NCBI GenBank assembly: GCA_023334545.1
Contig: JAADVB010000058.1
Location: 20,704-84,703 of the forward strand
DNA from: Salisapilia sapeloensis CBS 127946
Taxonomy: Eukaryota; Protista; Oomycota
Length of the DNA stretch: 64,000 bases
Direction of reading: 5' to 3'
This document shows, piece by piece, positions 23,213 through 35,246 of the stretch. The notes under the pieces were generated by a model that was given only the letters and a program-made list of their open reading frames with translations, was not told the origin of the DNA and did no database searches. How positions within the stretch are numbered: the first letter of the stretch is position 1; every line of letters starts with the position of its first letter. Both the position numbers and the translations under genes were made by a program.

Positions 23213-25543
23213 GCGTGCGCTGAACGATACGATAAGCAAGCAAGAATTTTAAGACAGTCAAAGGGTCTGATGATCTAGCGCTCTGTGTTGAATGACTTCT
23301 CGTCAGCTTCCAGCACCCAGTTTAGCTGTCTGACGTTCGTCGGAAGAAGTCTGGTAATTTGGTCTGAACCAGTCGAGTCGAAAGATAGAAATGAATAAAT
23401 TTCTGCCTTTACAGCTACTACGCAAGAAGTAAATAGAGAGATCGAACTTCTGTCGAAGTTTGTAAGCATGGAGGTCGCGTACTTGGCCTTTCTTTATTCG
23501 AAGGACCGGATAGACGACAAAATAGCATACGTCAGCTTCTATGTGTCCACGTGGAGACAGCAAGCTGTTGTTGCTGATCGCAATGAAAATGGAAATATGG
23601 GCCACAATATCATGATGCGATCCGAGGTCTTTGTCACGACTTGATAGAACAGAGGAGACGCGCCGGTTGGGTAATGAAGGACGTGTCAACTACGAAGCTA
23701 CGCCTGTACAGATACCTCGAAGGGCAAAAATAACAGTTACCAATGAATGCAGTGGATACTCTAGAGCAGTTATAATGGGATCAGACCACCTACTAAAAAA
23801 GGTGAGCTGATGGCATAGCTGGAATCGACATCTTATATGCCGAACATCATATGTACCGAAGATCGCTGAGCCATGCAGTTATGCATGCAGATCTAATCAT
23901 TGTCATCTATGGGAAATAGAAGCGACAGAGTACTCAAGTGATTGGGAACGACGTGTGCAAAAGACGAACAAGGAGTTTACAAGTTGTTGATAACATCACG
24001 CGATCTAAGGTGTTGCTTAAGTAAGTCCGTGCATTCGTCGCATACCATGGATCAGACGAAGACTAAAATCGTGGAGTCGTTACTATCCTTGGGAAGCAGG
24101 CAAAGTATCTTTGGTACATAATACGAAAAAGCGGCGTGAGTGCGACTTCAAATTGGCAGTTACCATCCACGACTGCACAATGTCTAGCGATTGTGCCCTT
24201 ATCATTTTAATGGCCGGCGGGAAACGAACTTCCTTGCTTCCTGTCACCTGTTAAGGTTAGCTTCATTCGATTGTCTGATCAGCACGTTGAGATGCGCTTC
24301 CTTGCCAGTCCACGTCAAACCTCGTCGATTTGAGTGGTACTACGCAGTAATTGACACTACGGGTGAAAAAGTTTAAACTCGTAAGAATAACAATTCACGA
24401 GTCTCTTGTGACCGTTTTACTCGTATGCTTTTCACCGGTTAGCTCTCAGCAGAGCTTTCCTCGAAGCGGTAAACAGAAAAATATTGCTGGGTGCATTTAT
24501 GTGCAAGGGTAATGCATCCACTAGCTCGTCATAATTAGGCTGTATTGACCGAAGACGTTCCGTTGTCTCGTCTTCTCTTCAACTTTTTTTAAAAGAGCAT
24601 GAATGTCGGATCAGAATCGTTTACTTTCCTAATAGATACAGAGAAGTCATATCTGAAGTAATGGCGCCACAATTTGGATCCTCGTGTTCTAGCTTACAAC
24701 CTCTCTTGAAGAGCTGGGGAAGCTTCTCCGATGTAAGACGCGAGGGGCAAGCTTTTATACTTGTATGGATGAATACAAGGGAAATTTGCTGATCGAGTCA
24801 GTTTTTATGAAGCCAAGGTCTTTCATCTCTATAATATCTTCGCCGTCCTAGTGAAGATAAACAGTTATTGTTTTCGGTTCCTGCATTGCGTAGTAGACTG
24901 CCAGGGATAGTTCGAAATATGCTGTAGAAATGTAACATCACTTCAAAGCGATAAAACGTTAGCGAAAGTTGCACAATTGGAGTATCGTGAGCGATGAGTT
25001 TACTTGCACAGGGACAGTATGATGTACAACGACTTAATGAGACTTAGAGTGTAGATTCGAGTGAATTGGCACGCTTAATGAGAGTTCTTCTTCATAGGAT
25101 GTATCTATTGTACAAGATCGAAAAGCTCGTGAATCATATGCGAATGTCGTGAAAGCGATAGGCTGGGTTATCGTCAACTCAAACCTTAATTCAGAGAGCG
25201 AGAGAGAGGTGGATTACATTTAAATTTTAATAGATTTGGGGTGACTTGGGCCTCGCCTAGAAGTGATACCAGCATTGCGATCCGACTTGGCAAGTATATT
25301 ATACTTGACTACCAAACCTTTCGAGTTATAAGGGCGCTTCACTATTAGCAAAAGTCGTATACCTGTGTCCTACACGTGCCATTGATATCGCTTATTTATA
25401 GATCTGACTAAACATTTATTACTCATACAGAGTTCACTTTATCCCAAGCTGCACTTCAATGAGCGGAAGTTGAACTATTCAAAACAACTTCACAAAATAT
25501 TTTGTATATTTTATATATTATACAGATGCTTTGTAATCACAAT

Positions 25544-25615
25544 GGCTTCGTGGTCTAGTGGTATGATTCTCGCTTCGGGTGCGAGAGGTCCCGGGTTCGA
25601 TTCCCGGTGAAGCCC
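25544..25615 (+). tRNA. tRNA-Pro (anticodon CGG)
   Basis: GGCTTCG/TGAAGCC acceptor stem, D arm TGGTCTAGTGG, anticodon arm CTCGC-TTCGGGT-GCGAG, T arm GGTTCGATTCC, followed by T5. Confidence 0.97.
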
Positions 25616-26392
25616 ATCTTTTTATTTCCTTATTCGCAGGTAAATTTTTGTCTTGTACTTGTTTATCGTTGATGCATCTTACTTGTTGAAGCCTCGATCG
25701 TGACAGCATGAGGCTCGATTGAGAAGTTTGATCAGGATTTGATTCGAAGGATCGAGGCGAACGGATAATGAAGATATAGAAATCTCTGCAACAAGTTTGT
25801 TACAGGTCAAGATAGCGTCTCGATTCATTAATAATAAATATAACAACTGACGGCTAAATGCGTTGTTTGCAATCCACTTAGACTTGTTTCACTGCGCTTG
25901 CGCATTTATCGATTCAGGCAAGCTGCGTGCTAATCTTGAAACTAATTTTAGTCTGGATCGCATCACTACACTTGCATTAACTGTTACTATCAAGTATATG
26001 GTCCTAACATATCTGCTAGCGTTGAAGATACCAAACTAAATGCAATTAATCATATCGTTCAATAGAGAATTGTGGTTTGCCACGATGGAAGAGCATCCAA
26101 ATCGGTTTAAAGTATACCTAAAGGCTTATCCAAGCTACCAGTGTAAGGTATCTACTTGCATGTTAGAACTGTCGGTTGGCTACTCTGTAACATTTCGCTT
26201 CGGTTCACCACATGCAAAAGCTATACTTACAACCGCGGCTACCACAACGAAGTGCTATACGCTTTCTATTGTGGATTATACTATTCATCTTGTGCCATTT
26301 TCCGTAGGTTCATTCGCTGTCGTTAACTATGTTAGGCCTCAATAAATATGGGGAACAAATTAAGTCACTCGGCACAAATAAGATAAAAAGAT

Positions 26393-26464
26393 GGGCTTCA
26401 CCGGGAATCGAACCCGGGACCTCTCGCACCCGAAGCGAGAATCATACCACTAGACCACGAAGCC
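26393..26464 (-). tRNA. tRNA-Pro (anticodon CGG), identical second copy
   Basis: Exact reverse complement of 25544-25615, followed by T5 on the minus strand. Confidence 0.97.
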
Positions 26465-26540
26465 ATTGTGATTACAAAGCCTCTGTATAATATATAAACA
26501 GCTTTTTAAAAAGGTTGTTAATCATTTCACACAAAACAAA

Positions 26541-28139
26541 ATGCAAGCGGATACTGCCAGCTCATCACAGCCTCGGGCATCTTATCATGGCGTGAGCGGT
26601 TCGATTGCTGTTATTTTCCTTATTTCCATTGCTGTAAAGCTCGTTCTCCTACCATCATACCGCAGTACTGACTTTGAAGTCCACCGGAACTGGCTCAGTA
26701 TCACGTATCAACTGCCTCCGTCGCAATGGTATCACGAATCCACGAGCCAGTGGACGCTCGACTACCCTCCTCTTTTTGCCTACATGGAGTACTTCTTCTC
26801 TCACATTGCAGCCTTGGTAGATCCCTATCTCGTAGAAATATCTGCTACGCCCATCTCGACGACTCGAGTCGTGCTGTTCCAAAGACTGTCTGTCATTCTC
26901 TCCGATTGTCTGCTCTTCTACGCAGTCTTGCAATTTAGCACATCCCAGCCAGGTAAAAGCAGAAGAGCGTATGTCAAGGCTAAGAAGAACATCACTACAA
27001 TGCTCGTGGTCCTCGACGCTGGTTTACTCATGGTCGATCACATCCACTTTCAGTACAACGGAGTCCTACTAGGTCTCCTCCTTCTCTCCACTGCTCGTAT
27101 CCAACAAGGCAAGGACGTCCAAGCAGCCTTCTTCTACTCCGTGCTCTTGATGATGAAGCACATTTATCTCTACGCTGCTCCACTCTACTTTGTCTATCTC
27201 TTCCGCCACCATTGCTACGTCACATACACAACGGAGGCGATGATCACTGCACTCAAGAAGGGTAACGCTTCCTTCTCCATTGTCCGGTTCATTCGTCTAG
27301 GTGTCCTCGTTCTATCTGTCTTCTGTCTTTCTTTCGTACCCGTTCTCATGCATCATCCTTCTCCTTTTGACGGTCTAAAGCAGATCGCATCTCGCCTCTT
27401 TCCAGTGCAAAGAGGTCTATGTCATGCCTATTGGGCACCAAACATATGGGCTCTATATGCCTTTGCAGACAAGCTACTAGTACTGGCTGGAGTACCTGCG
27501 AAACCTGGCGTTGCATTTATGAGCGGAGGGCTTGTTCAAGAAGCATCCTTTGCCGTCTTACCTGACGTTCCTCCTCTCTTTTGCCTGCTCCTTACCCTCA
27601 TCTTGATGCTCCCAGTGCTCATTCTTCTATGGCAAAAGCCTGAGCCAAAGTCTTTTACGACAGCATTAGCATACTGCATGCTTTCCTCGTTCATGGCAGG
27701 CTATCATGTCCATGAGAAGGCGATTCTACAGGTCATTTTGCCTCTAGCTGTCACTGCTGCCGATAGCGTCGTTGACATGCGGATCTACCGCTTAGCTTCC
27801 GCCACAGCCTATTTCTCCCTCTTCCCACTCCTCTTCACACCTGCCGAACACATGACCAAAGTACTCTTAACGTCCATGCACATCCTCCTGTCCTACACCA
27901 CCCTCGTGCCATTCCTATCACGACAGCAAAAGGCAGAGACCGTGCGTCTCTACGACATCGAAACGCTGTACTTGACAGGCCTCGCTCTCACCGCCATCGC
28001 CGCCAGTGTCTTTCCCTACACTCCGTACGGAACGAAGCTTCCGTTCCTCCCTCTCATCCTCTACTCGGTCGCAAGTGCCATTGGCAACGTCTACATCCTA
28101 TGTCTTCTCCTACGACACTGCTTTCGAAAGACTAAATGA
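26541..28139 (+). CDS. ALG8: Dolichyl-PP-Glc1Man9GlcNAc2 alpha-1,3-glucosyltransferase
   Basis: PSYRSTDFEVHRNWLSIT, QWTLDYPPLFAY, MVDHIHFQYNG, RLFPVQRGLCHAYWAPN, YHVHEKAIL. Confidence 0.95.
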   Translation: MQADTASSSQPRASYHGVSGSIAVIFLISIAVKLVLLPSYRSTDFEVHRNWLSITYQLPPSQWYHESTSQWTLDYPPLFAYMEYFFSHIAALVDPYLVEISATPISTTRVVLFQRLSVILSDCLLFYAVLQFSTSQPGKSRRAYVKAKKNITTMLVVLDAGLLMVDHIHFQYNGVLLGLLLLSTARIQQGKDVQAAFFYSVLLMMKHIYLYAAPLYFVYLFRHHCYVTYTTEAMITALKKGNASFSIVRFIRLGVLVLSVFCLSFVPVLMHHPSPFDGLKQIASRLFPVQRGLCHAYWAPNIWALYAFADKLLVLAGVPAKPGVAFMSGGLVQEASFAVLPDVPPLFCLLLTLILMLPVLILLWQKPEPKSFTTALAYCMLSSFMAGYHVHEKAILQVILPLAVTAADSVVDMRIYRLASATAYFSLFPLLFTPAEHMTKVLLTSMHILLSYTTLVPFLSRQQKAETVRLYDIETLYLTGLALTAIAASVFPYTPYGTKLPFLPLILYSVASAIGNVYILCLLLRHCFRKTK

Positions 28140-28162
28140 ACGAGGAAGCGTCTTGTATTGTC

Positions 28163-29794
28163 TTAACTTTGTTTCCCTAGCTCTTGCTTCTTCTTGATAC
28201 TCTTGAGTGTATGGAAGACACCTGAGTCCAAGAGTCCAATGACTGTAAAGACACCTCCAATGACAGCACACAAGTGCGTGACAAAGTGGTACCAAGGCAT
28301 GTACTCCGGTGTGACCTTGACAACTAGTGGCGAAATGTCAAAGCTGAAGACAGCAGCAGGCATATGCTCTGTCGATTCGTACTGGTTACTCGTTGCAGAG
28401 AACTCATAGACACGTTTCACAGGTTCAAAGCGACTCGTACGGCGTTCTTCATGATCAAACGGAACGACGTTCAGGTAGTGCTCGATCGTAACGTTATCCT
28501 CTTTCGAAAGGAAAGACTTACCGTCGAGCGGATATCGATCAGTCGTCATCAACTGACGCTTGCCGTCGATTAGATGCTCCGATCGTTTGATCTGACCAAA
28601 GGAAAAGTGGTTGACAATGTGTGTCGCGTCGATGACAGTCAAGTCCAACGAATGGTCTGGCGCACGTGCCGTGAGCGACACTTTACCAGGCACACGGTTC
28701 ACACTAATGCTACCAGAGATCTCACACCCTTCCACCTTTCCTGGTGCCATCAACTGTGCTGCGACTTCCTTCTCTTTACTCTTTGCAGCCTTGATATCTA
28801 TCGACTTTAATGTCTCGGCATTCACATGCACTGGTAGACCTAGTGTATCTCCATTCGTATGCACTTCCTCTGCATGATCTGCGTCTGGTTCTAGTCGTCG
28901 GTAGAATAAATCTAGGAACTGGAGCAAGTGCTCGGCCGAACGTGGTCCGTTATACACAAAGTGTGTCGATTGACTGCCGAACATGTAGATCTATCCTCTC
29001 GTTAGTACATGTACATATTCGTCTTGGAAGAGGAACGTACGAGCATGGAGGGGAAGGCTCTGATACCAGCTCGACGACATAGAGGCGCTGCGTTTCGGTC
29101 GGTGCAGTCGACAGACGCCATCATCACGCGTTCACTAAACTCTGGATGGTCCTGCAATTGTGCAGCTGCTCGTTCCCATTCCGGATTTAAGCGTTGGCAG
29201 AATGGACACCAAGGAGCGTAATAGTTGATCAATACGAGTTCATACTTGCTCATAAACTCCTTAAAGTTTTTTTCTGTTAAGGGTTGAGAGTAGTGTACAC
29301 CTGCATGCGCATCTCGTTTCGCGCCTCCCCATAACGGAATGCCTTCATCCTGTTCCTCTACAACGATTTCATCCACACGTTGGAGGTTGGACAAGTCATT
29401 CGCGTCAGAAGATAGACGGAAGCGGCGTAGATGGCGGGTGAGATTGAGCTGCTGGAGACCCATGTAGTTCGAGACATCGAGACTCGCCTGGGTGCATGGG
29501 ATGGCTGGAAGACTCACATTCAAGTTGATACGCAGTCGGTCTTCATTGTGAGAGTCCAATGTGACAGAAGTCTCTGTTCCGAGGTACGAATACGCGCTGT
29601 AGTGAGATGCAATGAGGATCGCCATGAAGATGAACGAGATGAGCGAGAAGAAGGAGCCTGTGAGGCTATGTTCCTGTAACTCTTCCGGCAATTTCCTAGG
29701 ATGGATAAGTAGGTATTTCCAGTGGGTTTATAGATAGCGATAAATCGAAGACGTACCGGAAGAAGTCGAGCGACGAGATGCCCGATCGTGCCAT
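28163..29794 (-). CDS. PDI-C-type protein: ERGIC/Erv41-46 N- and C-domains flanking a thioredoxin domain; 3 exons (29794-29757, 29695-29041, 28990-28163)
   Basis: LDFFRKLPEEL...LRINLNVSLPAIPC...LDVS, YAPWCPFC, GCEISGSISVNRVPG, FSFDISP, HLCAVIGGVFTV. Confidence 0.88.
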
Positions 29795-30193
29795 GATAAC
29801 GACTTCTTGCGTGGCAAAATGCGAAAGCAGCTATCGTGTCCTTTGGTCCGATTTACTGTACCTGTTTCTTCGGCTAAATAGATATTATGACATGAGACGA
29901 AGAAAAGAGTAATAGTTGTTTCGTGAGAGTGGGTCAGTAGGTGCGATGGAAAGATACAATGAAAAGCTTGATGCAAATTGATGTAAGAGAAATGGATACT
30001 GGAGGTGGACGGCGTATGACATTCGAAAGATGGATCTAGAGCGATGGGAATGGACATTTTCTTTGCATAATTACGTATGGTATCAGAACAAAAGAAAAGC
30101 GAGGACAAAAAATCGAAGCCCTCTTCGTGTCGTACGTGAAGATCGAGTGCCTGGCGACGATTCATTTGTGAATTTTCCGCTTGCTTTCAAGAG

Positions 30194-30421
30194 ATGTTCC
30201 GCGTTACGATTTTTCTGATGCTGCTTGGACTCTGTGGCGTGCTTGCGGAAGAAGATAATGACTGCCTAAAGATGTGTACGAGAGAGTACGCGCCAGTCTG
30301 CGCTTCGAACGGTGAGACCTATTCGAACGAGTGCATGTTTGAGATGGCAAACTGCGAGCAGAATGACAAGCTTTGGATTCTGTACAAGGAACCGTGCAAG
30401 AAGGACAGCGTGTCTAAATAA
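30194..30421 (+). CDS. Small secreted single-domain Kazal inhibitor (P1 Arg)
   Basis: Signal peptide plus CLKMCTREYAPVCASNGETYSNECMFEMANC...EPC. Confidence 0.92.
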   Translation: MFRVTIFLMLLGLCGVLAEEDNDCLKMCTREYAPVCASNGETYSNECMFEMANCEQNDKLWILYKEPCKKDSVSK

Positions 30422-31545
30422 ACTAGCTGGAAGAATCTTTAAGGAATAACAAATACTTTACTTTGCGATTGCTTGCTTTATTGCGTTTTCTAGGATGCAC
30501 TTTGTGCTTGTGATTCGAGTAGGTATTGATTAAGTGGTCTTCAGCCATGTCATGATAGAAGTATATTTAGATTGGAAGGTAGGAAATTTGGCGATCAGGC
30601 TAAAGTGATAAGTATTATTTACCTTTCATTATCGCGCAACGACATTCAGCTTGCTTGGTGTGCTATGGGAACCTTCGATTGATGTCAAATTCGAAGCAAT
30701 TCAGCAGAATAGCTTCAATAGTAGCTTCTCGTAGACTTCAACTTGCACAGCCCCAATTCTACCTCTCTGGTGGTACCTTGGTCTCGTTCGCAGCGGCTTC
30801 GAGTGAATGTGTTTGTCTTTGCCCAGTAGATACTTCCAGTATCCTCAACAAGTAGGAGCTACAAGTAGCAAAATTATTTTGAGCGGATGAAATTAAGCAC
30901 GCGCTAGACTCCCCATCCAACATGTTAGCTTATCCCATTAAAATGCTCATGTGCGCTTAAAAATCATAGCTCGGACCCGATTGTAAGGAATTAGAAGCGA
31001 AAGCGGCTTATGATCGTTGTCATAGAGTCACAGCTACGTGAAGTTCTGGCACTATGCGAAGGTCTCAACGGTAATGCTTTTTGAAATTTACGGTGAGCAC
31101 TCTGTCATGGTCAAGATAAGATTAGCGAGCGCTTCGACTTCAGTTGAATCCTAACGATCGCTTAGTAGACACAGATAGAAGAAAAGCATGATATCCGTAA
31201 ATGCTTGTAGCTAAACATTATTTTATATAACTCGTCAATAAATACTGTGAAGACTGTATGTCCAGTGTATCTACATATTCAAAGCTGTAGTCTTATATCG
31301 AGTGCACGCTGAATGAAGCAGGCCAAAGAGTTTGATGCTATATAAGGAACAAATTTGCATAAGAAATTGCTGATTGTACTTACCGTGCATCAGCTTTGAT
31401 TAAGCTCGCCAATTTTAGTACATTACCAGCTAAAAAGATACCAACCAAGTTTCCAGATGCCGTTGATTAAACAGGTCGAAGTGGTAATATCAGCGTTTGC
31501 CATGAAATGTACGTATTCATGTTATATGCAGCAATATTATAGGCT

Positions 31546-33227
31546 CTATCGATTCCGAATCTTGTTAATATCTAACGCTTTCATCTCGGAGAGGTACAAA
31601 GGATTGACACCAGCCTGGACAAGTTCTTCCACTTCTCCGACGCGCAATCTTTCCAACTTCTCCAACTCGGTCTCGTACTCTTTCTTCAGAGCTCGACCTT
31701 CTTCTTGCTTCGTCGCAAACTCCTTTTTCTTGTCCTTCTCCTTCACTTCAATCTGGCGCTGCAATACCTGTCGATGTTCCATGCTCGCTTTCTTCTTTGC
31801 CTCTTCAGCTACCCTTACAAGCTCTTTGTCTTCTTCCACCCGGCTCATGATCGATTTATACTCCCGTTCTTGCATCATCGCTTCGTTGACACGAGCTCGT
31901 TGGCGATGCATTGCCTGTGCATCTCGCTCCCTCTTCAGTTCCTCCATCTCTGCCTTTTGCTTACGAGCCAATGCTAAGTCAGCTTCTCTTGCTTGTCGCT
32001 CACGACCTTCTGCAGCTCGTTTAGCTCGTAGTTCATCAAGCTCCGCTTTTTCATTTGCCATCTTCTCCTGCATTGATCGAAGTTTAGCACAACGTAGCTC
32101 TGCCTCGTGACGTCTTTGCTTCTCTTCCTCTTCTTGACGCTTCATTTCCTCCGCTTTCTTCTGTTGGTAAGCGGCAATTCGATCTTCCTCTTCCTTAATC
32201 TGCTGTAGGACTTCCAACTTCTTCAGTTTCGTTTCTTCATTAAACTTATGAATCTCTTCCATCGTCTCTTTATTCCGGATTGCTTTCAATCGCTCCATTT
32301 CAGCTTCCTCCTCTTGCTGCTTTTTCATTTTCGCCACCATCTCTTGAGCTTCTTCATCACGTGCCTTTGCTTCGGCTTCCCGTCGACGACGACGCTCTTG
32401 TATCTGATCCTCGAGTACCTGACGATCAGCAAGTCGCTTTTGCTTCTTTTGGTCATCTATTGCCTCCTGCCTCTTTAAACCTTCGAGACGATCAATCTCC
32501 ATAAGCATATTCATCTTGTCATCGTACACCCGGTGATCTTCTTCCAACTCTTTCTTTACTTTCAATTGCTCATCACGAATCGTAAAAGCTTGAGCTCTTG
32601 CTCCAAGTGTCCGCATAAGCTTGACACTATCGTGGTCTTGGTCATGTAGAATCTTCGCACGGCGTAGCACAGCCTCTTTTTCAGCTTCGAATATCTGCTC
32701 CATCTCGGTCTTTGGTGCTCGCTTTGCAGCTTCTGCACTCAGCTTCATCATGTATTCCTTTCGAGCTTTCGATGATAAACGCTGACGCTCAAGTTCTTCA
32801 TCTCGAGCTGCCGCCATTGCTTCCAATTCTGAAGCTGTCATGATCTTGGTCTCACCCTTCATCCGGTGAACCTCCTCTTCATCAATCGAAATTACCGCAG
32901 CTGGAGCCTTCACCTTGCCTTTCGATACTGGAGTTGACCTGTTTGGTTTAGTCTTGGGCTTCCCCTCATCTTGATTCGACGATCGATTGCTAATGATATT
33001 CCTAACAAAGTACACATGAGGATATGGAAACTTGGAAGAGCACATGAGACATACCTTCCAGCTTGCACCGTTCGGTCATTCTTACGAGCTTTCAACTGTC
33101 TTTCGCGATTCGACTCACCAAACAGATTCTCCTCCACTTGAGGCGTATACGCTATTCGACGATAACGACGTGATGCTGAGGAGGAAATGTTTCCATTGGT
33201 ACGGAGGGAAGATTGCGAAGATGACAT
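31546..33227 (-). CDS. CFAP45: Cilia- and flagella-associated protein 45 (CCDC19)-like; 2 exons (33227-33055, 33001-31546)
   Basis: RRYRRIAYTPQVEENLFG; D.VKLM..LGARAQAFTIRDEQL; trichohyalin-like coiled coil with DELRAKRAAE..ER; C-terminal GVNPLYL. Confidence 0.8.
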
Positions 33228-33509
33228 GTAGACTGTATGGAAGCACAGAGCAAGTATGATGCTTCTTTCCGAGTGAGCTATTGACTTCAAAATGATTATA
33301 GAACGTGTATTTATAGACTTGCACGTCCTCCCAAATCATTCGAGGTGCATATTAATAGTCTAAGCTAGGTGAAAGATACAAGTATACTACACGAACACAC
33401 TTCATTGCTAATAATTCCATTTATACCGAAATACCAAATCCTAATTCACGATAAATTCATTCGCGATAGCTACCCTACTTGATACCAATGCGAAGGCTAC
33501 TGTCAAAGC

Positions 33510-34507
33510 TCATGACCTGGAGACACCCAGTTCGCAGGCAGAAGAACGACGCCTTATCATGGCTTGCATGCCATGATAGCGTCTCACGAACCCACCGACA
33601 CCAGGACGCAGTCTTGGCGCTTCTGCATCCACCTCTGGCTCAATAGAAGCAGTGACTATGGTCGCACCTACAGTCGTGTTAGCACTTTTTGACATAAAGA
33701 CATGTGAGGTACGCACTGGGAAACTCCTGATGGATGCGGTGGAGAGCGACGGCACTAATGAAGGGACAGATAAAGTAGATGGCATTCTCAGCCACTCCAT
33801 CCGATTGTAAGATCTATCTCATCGTTCATCAGCTCTAAATATCTTTACGATGGTAAATGACAAGTACCTCGATCGCGTGACTGATGACAGCTCCTTTCAC
33901 ACACTCGCCAGCCATAAGCACTACATCAGTGGCATGCAGATTCGATGGCAAATTCACTTCGCTCGCGACTGTCGGCTCTTGGTTTCCAGTCTGCGCGAAG
34001 AAGATCTCGCCTGTAGGAAATTGATAAGCACCTCTCTTCTGGAATATATAGCTAGTACTCGTACCTGATAGAGCTTCCGGCATGAGTTGCTTAAAGATAC
34101 GCTGGAGGATGAGACCGCCGTTGTTGACAGAGACTCCGATACACTCCCGCTGTCGACAAATACCTTCCCATTGCTCTCCCGAAGAAGTCGTCACATGGTG
34201 TGGGACTGTTGGTGCTAGTGCCAACGTCTCCTCCAGCAACAAACTACAGACAAGATTAATCCTGTGAAGGATATCGGCAAGAAGTGGCGAGTGCCTACCG
34301 AATGAGTCGATCGGCAGTCTGCTGGAAAGCTCTCCATGGAGTCGACCTGTCTCTCAGTCGAGTCAGCAGCTGCATCACCGCTGGCGATTGCATCTCTTCG
34401 ATCAAAGGCGTCATCGGTTCTCTAGCTCGAAGGAGACTCGTATCCGCTTCTCCATCCACTTGATCATACGGCTTGTGCTCATCTCCATTATGTCCGGAAT
34501 CTACCAT
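33510..34507 (-). CDS. Uracil phosphoribosyltransferase-like protein, multi-exon, catalytic motifs degenerate
   Basis: LLTRLRDRST...F...ADRLIRLLLEETL, IVTASIE and LRPGVGGFVRRY align with the UPRT fold. Exons join at GT-AG sites. Confidence 0.7.
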
Positions 34508-34583
34508 ACTCACATCATCCGCTTCTTGATCTCTATCAATCAATCATATTAATGTCCTTTCTTCCATCGCATAAGCTTAGCCT

Positions 34584-35246
34584 CTACCTTTGAGGAGATG
34601 GACGGCGAGAGTAAGGACTTATCGGCTCTCGAGCTCCTCGACGACGATAGGCACCATACGGAGCTGCCGTGACTTGGCGATTGCTTGAGGAGTGGTGGGA
34701 AGTGTCGCTTCCATCAGCCAAAGCGAGCGTCGCATCTGGACGTCCGTCTTGGCCACTTGAGCTCTCGCCTCGGAGCTTTGCATACTCGGCTGCCAAGATG
34801 TGATTGTACGGCAGCATGCTCTGACTGACGCGATGGCGAATGATACTACGGTTCTTGAAGGTGTTGCTGATGGCAGCTCGAGTGACAGCGTACTCCTTTG
34901 CCAAGTCGGACTGTCGAGCTCCATTTTCCAAGCGGCGGATGATCTCGAGTCGCTCTTCTTCCATCAGATACCGTAATTCTCCTTGCAGACGCCTCTCCAC
35001 CGCCCTGCGTACTGGGATGCCACGCATTCCTACCGACTGAGATGTCACCTCCATCGGCTTTTCAGTCGCGTCAGGAAGCAAGTAGCTCGATAGTGTCGGT
35101 AGTGGTCTACTCGAAGTCGAGGTCGTCTCATCAAAGCGAGAGGGGGGTGCAGAGGAACTCCAGGCGAGCGGAGCGATGCCATCCGAAGTGGAAGGTTGGT
35201 AGGTGGTGCCTCGAGGGAGACTGGAGGATGTATTTTGCTCCCTCAT
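34584..35246 (-). CDS. Psq/CENP-B N-terminal-type helix-turn-helix protein
   Basis: LRYLMEEERLEIIRRLENGARQSDLAKEYAVTRAAISNTFKNR set in low-complexity flanks. Confidence 0.72.
   Translation of the reverse strand: MREQNTSSSLPRGTTYQPSTSDGIAPLAWSSSAPPSRFDETTSTSSRPLPTLSSYLLPDATEKPMEVTSQSVGMRGIPVRRAVERRLQGELRYLMEEERLEIIRRLENGARQSDLAKEYAVTRAAISNTFKNRSIIRHRVSQSMLPYNHILAAEYAKLRGESSSGQDGRPDATLALADGSDTSHHSSSNRQVTAAPYGAYRRRGAREPISPYSRRPSPQR

Larger units (their letters stand above)
25510..26498. repeat. 116-bp inverted repeat (25510-25625 / 26383-26498, one mismatch), each arm containing a tRNA-Pro gene; 757-bp spacer
   Basis: Base-by-base comparison. The only mismatch is 25527/26481. Identity covers 34 bp upstream and 10 bp downstream of the tRNA. 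Confidence 0.95.

Noticed and set aside
23303-23689. 128-aa minus-strand ORF
   Set aside because: No ATG-anchored model, no motif; length is compatible with chance.
26040-26345. 101-aa ORF inside the tRNA inverted repeat, considered as cargo of a tRNA-flanked element
   Set aside because: No recognisable recombinase or transposase motif and no target-site duplication.
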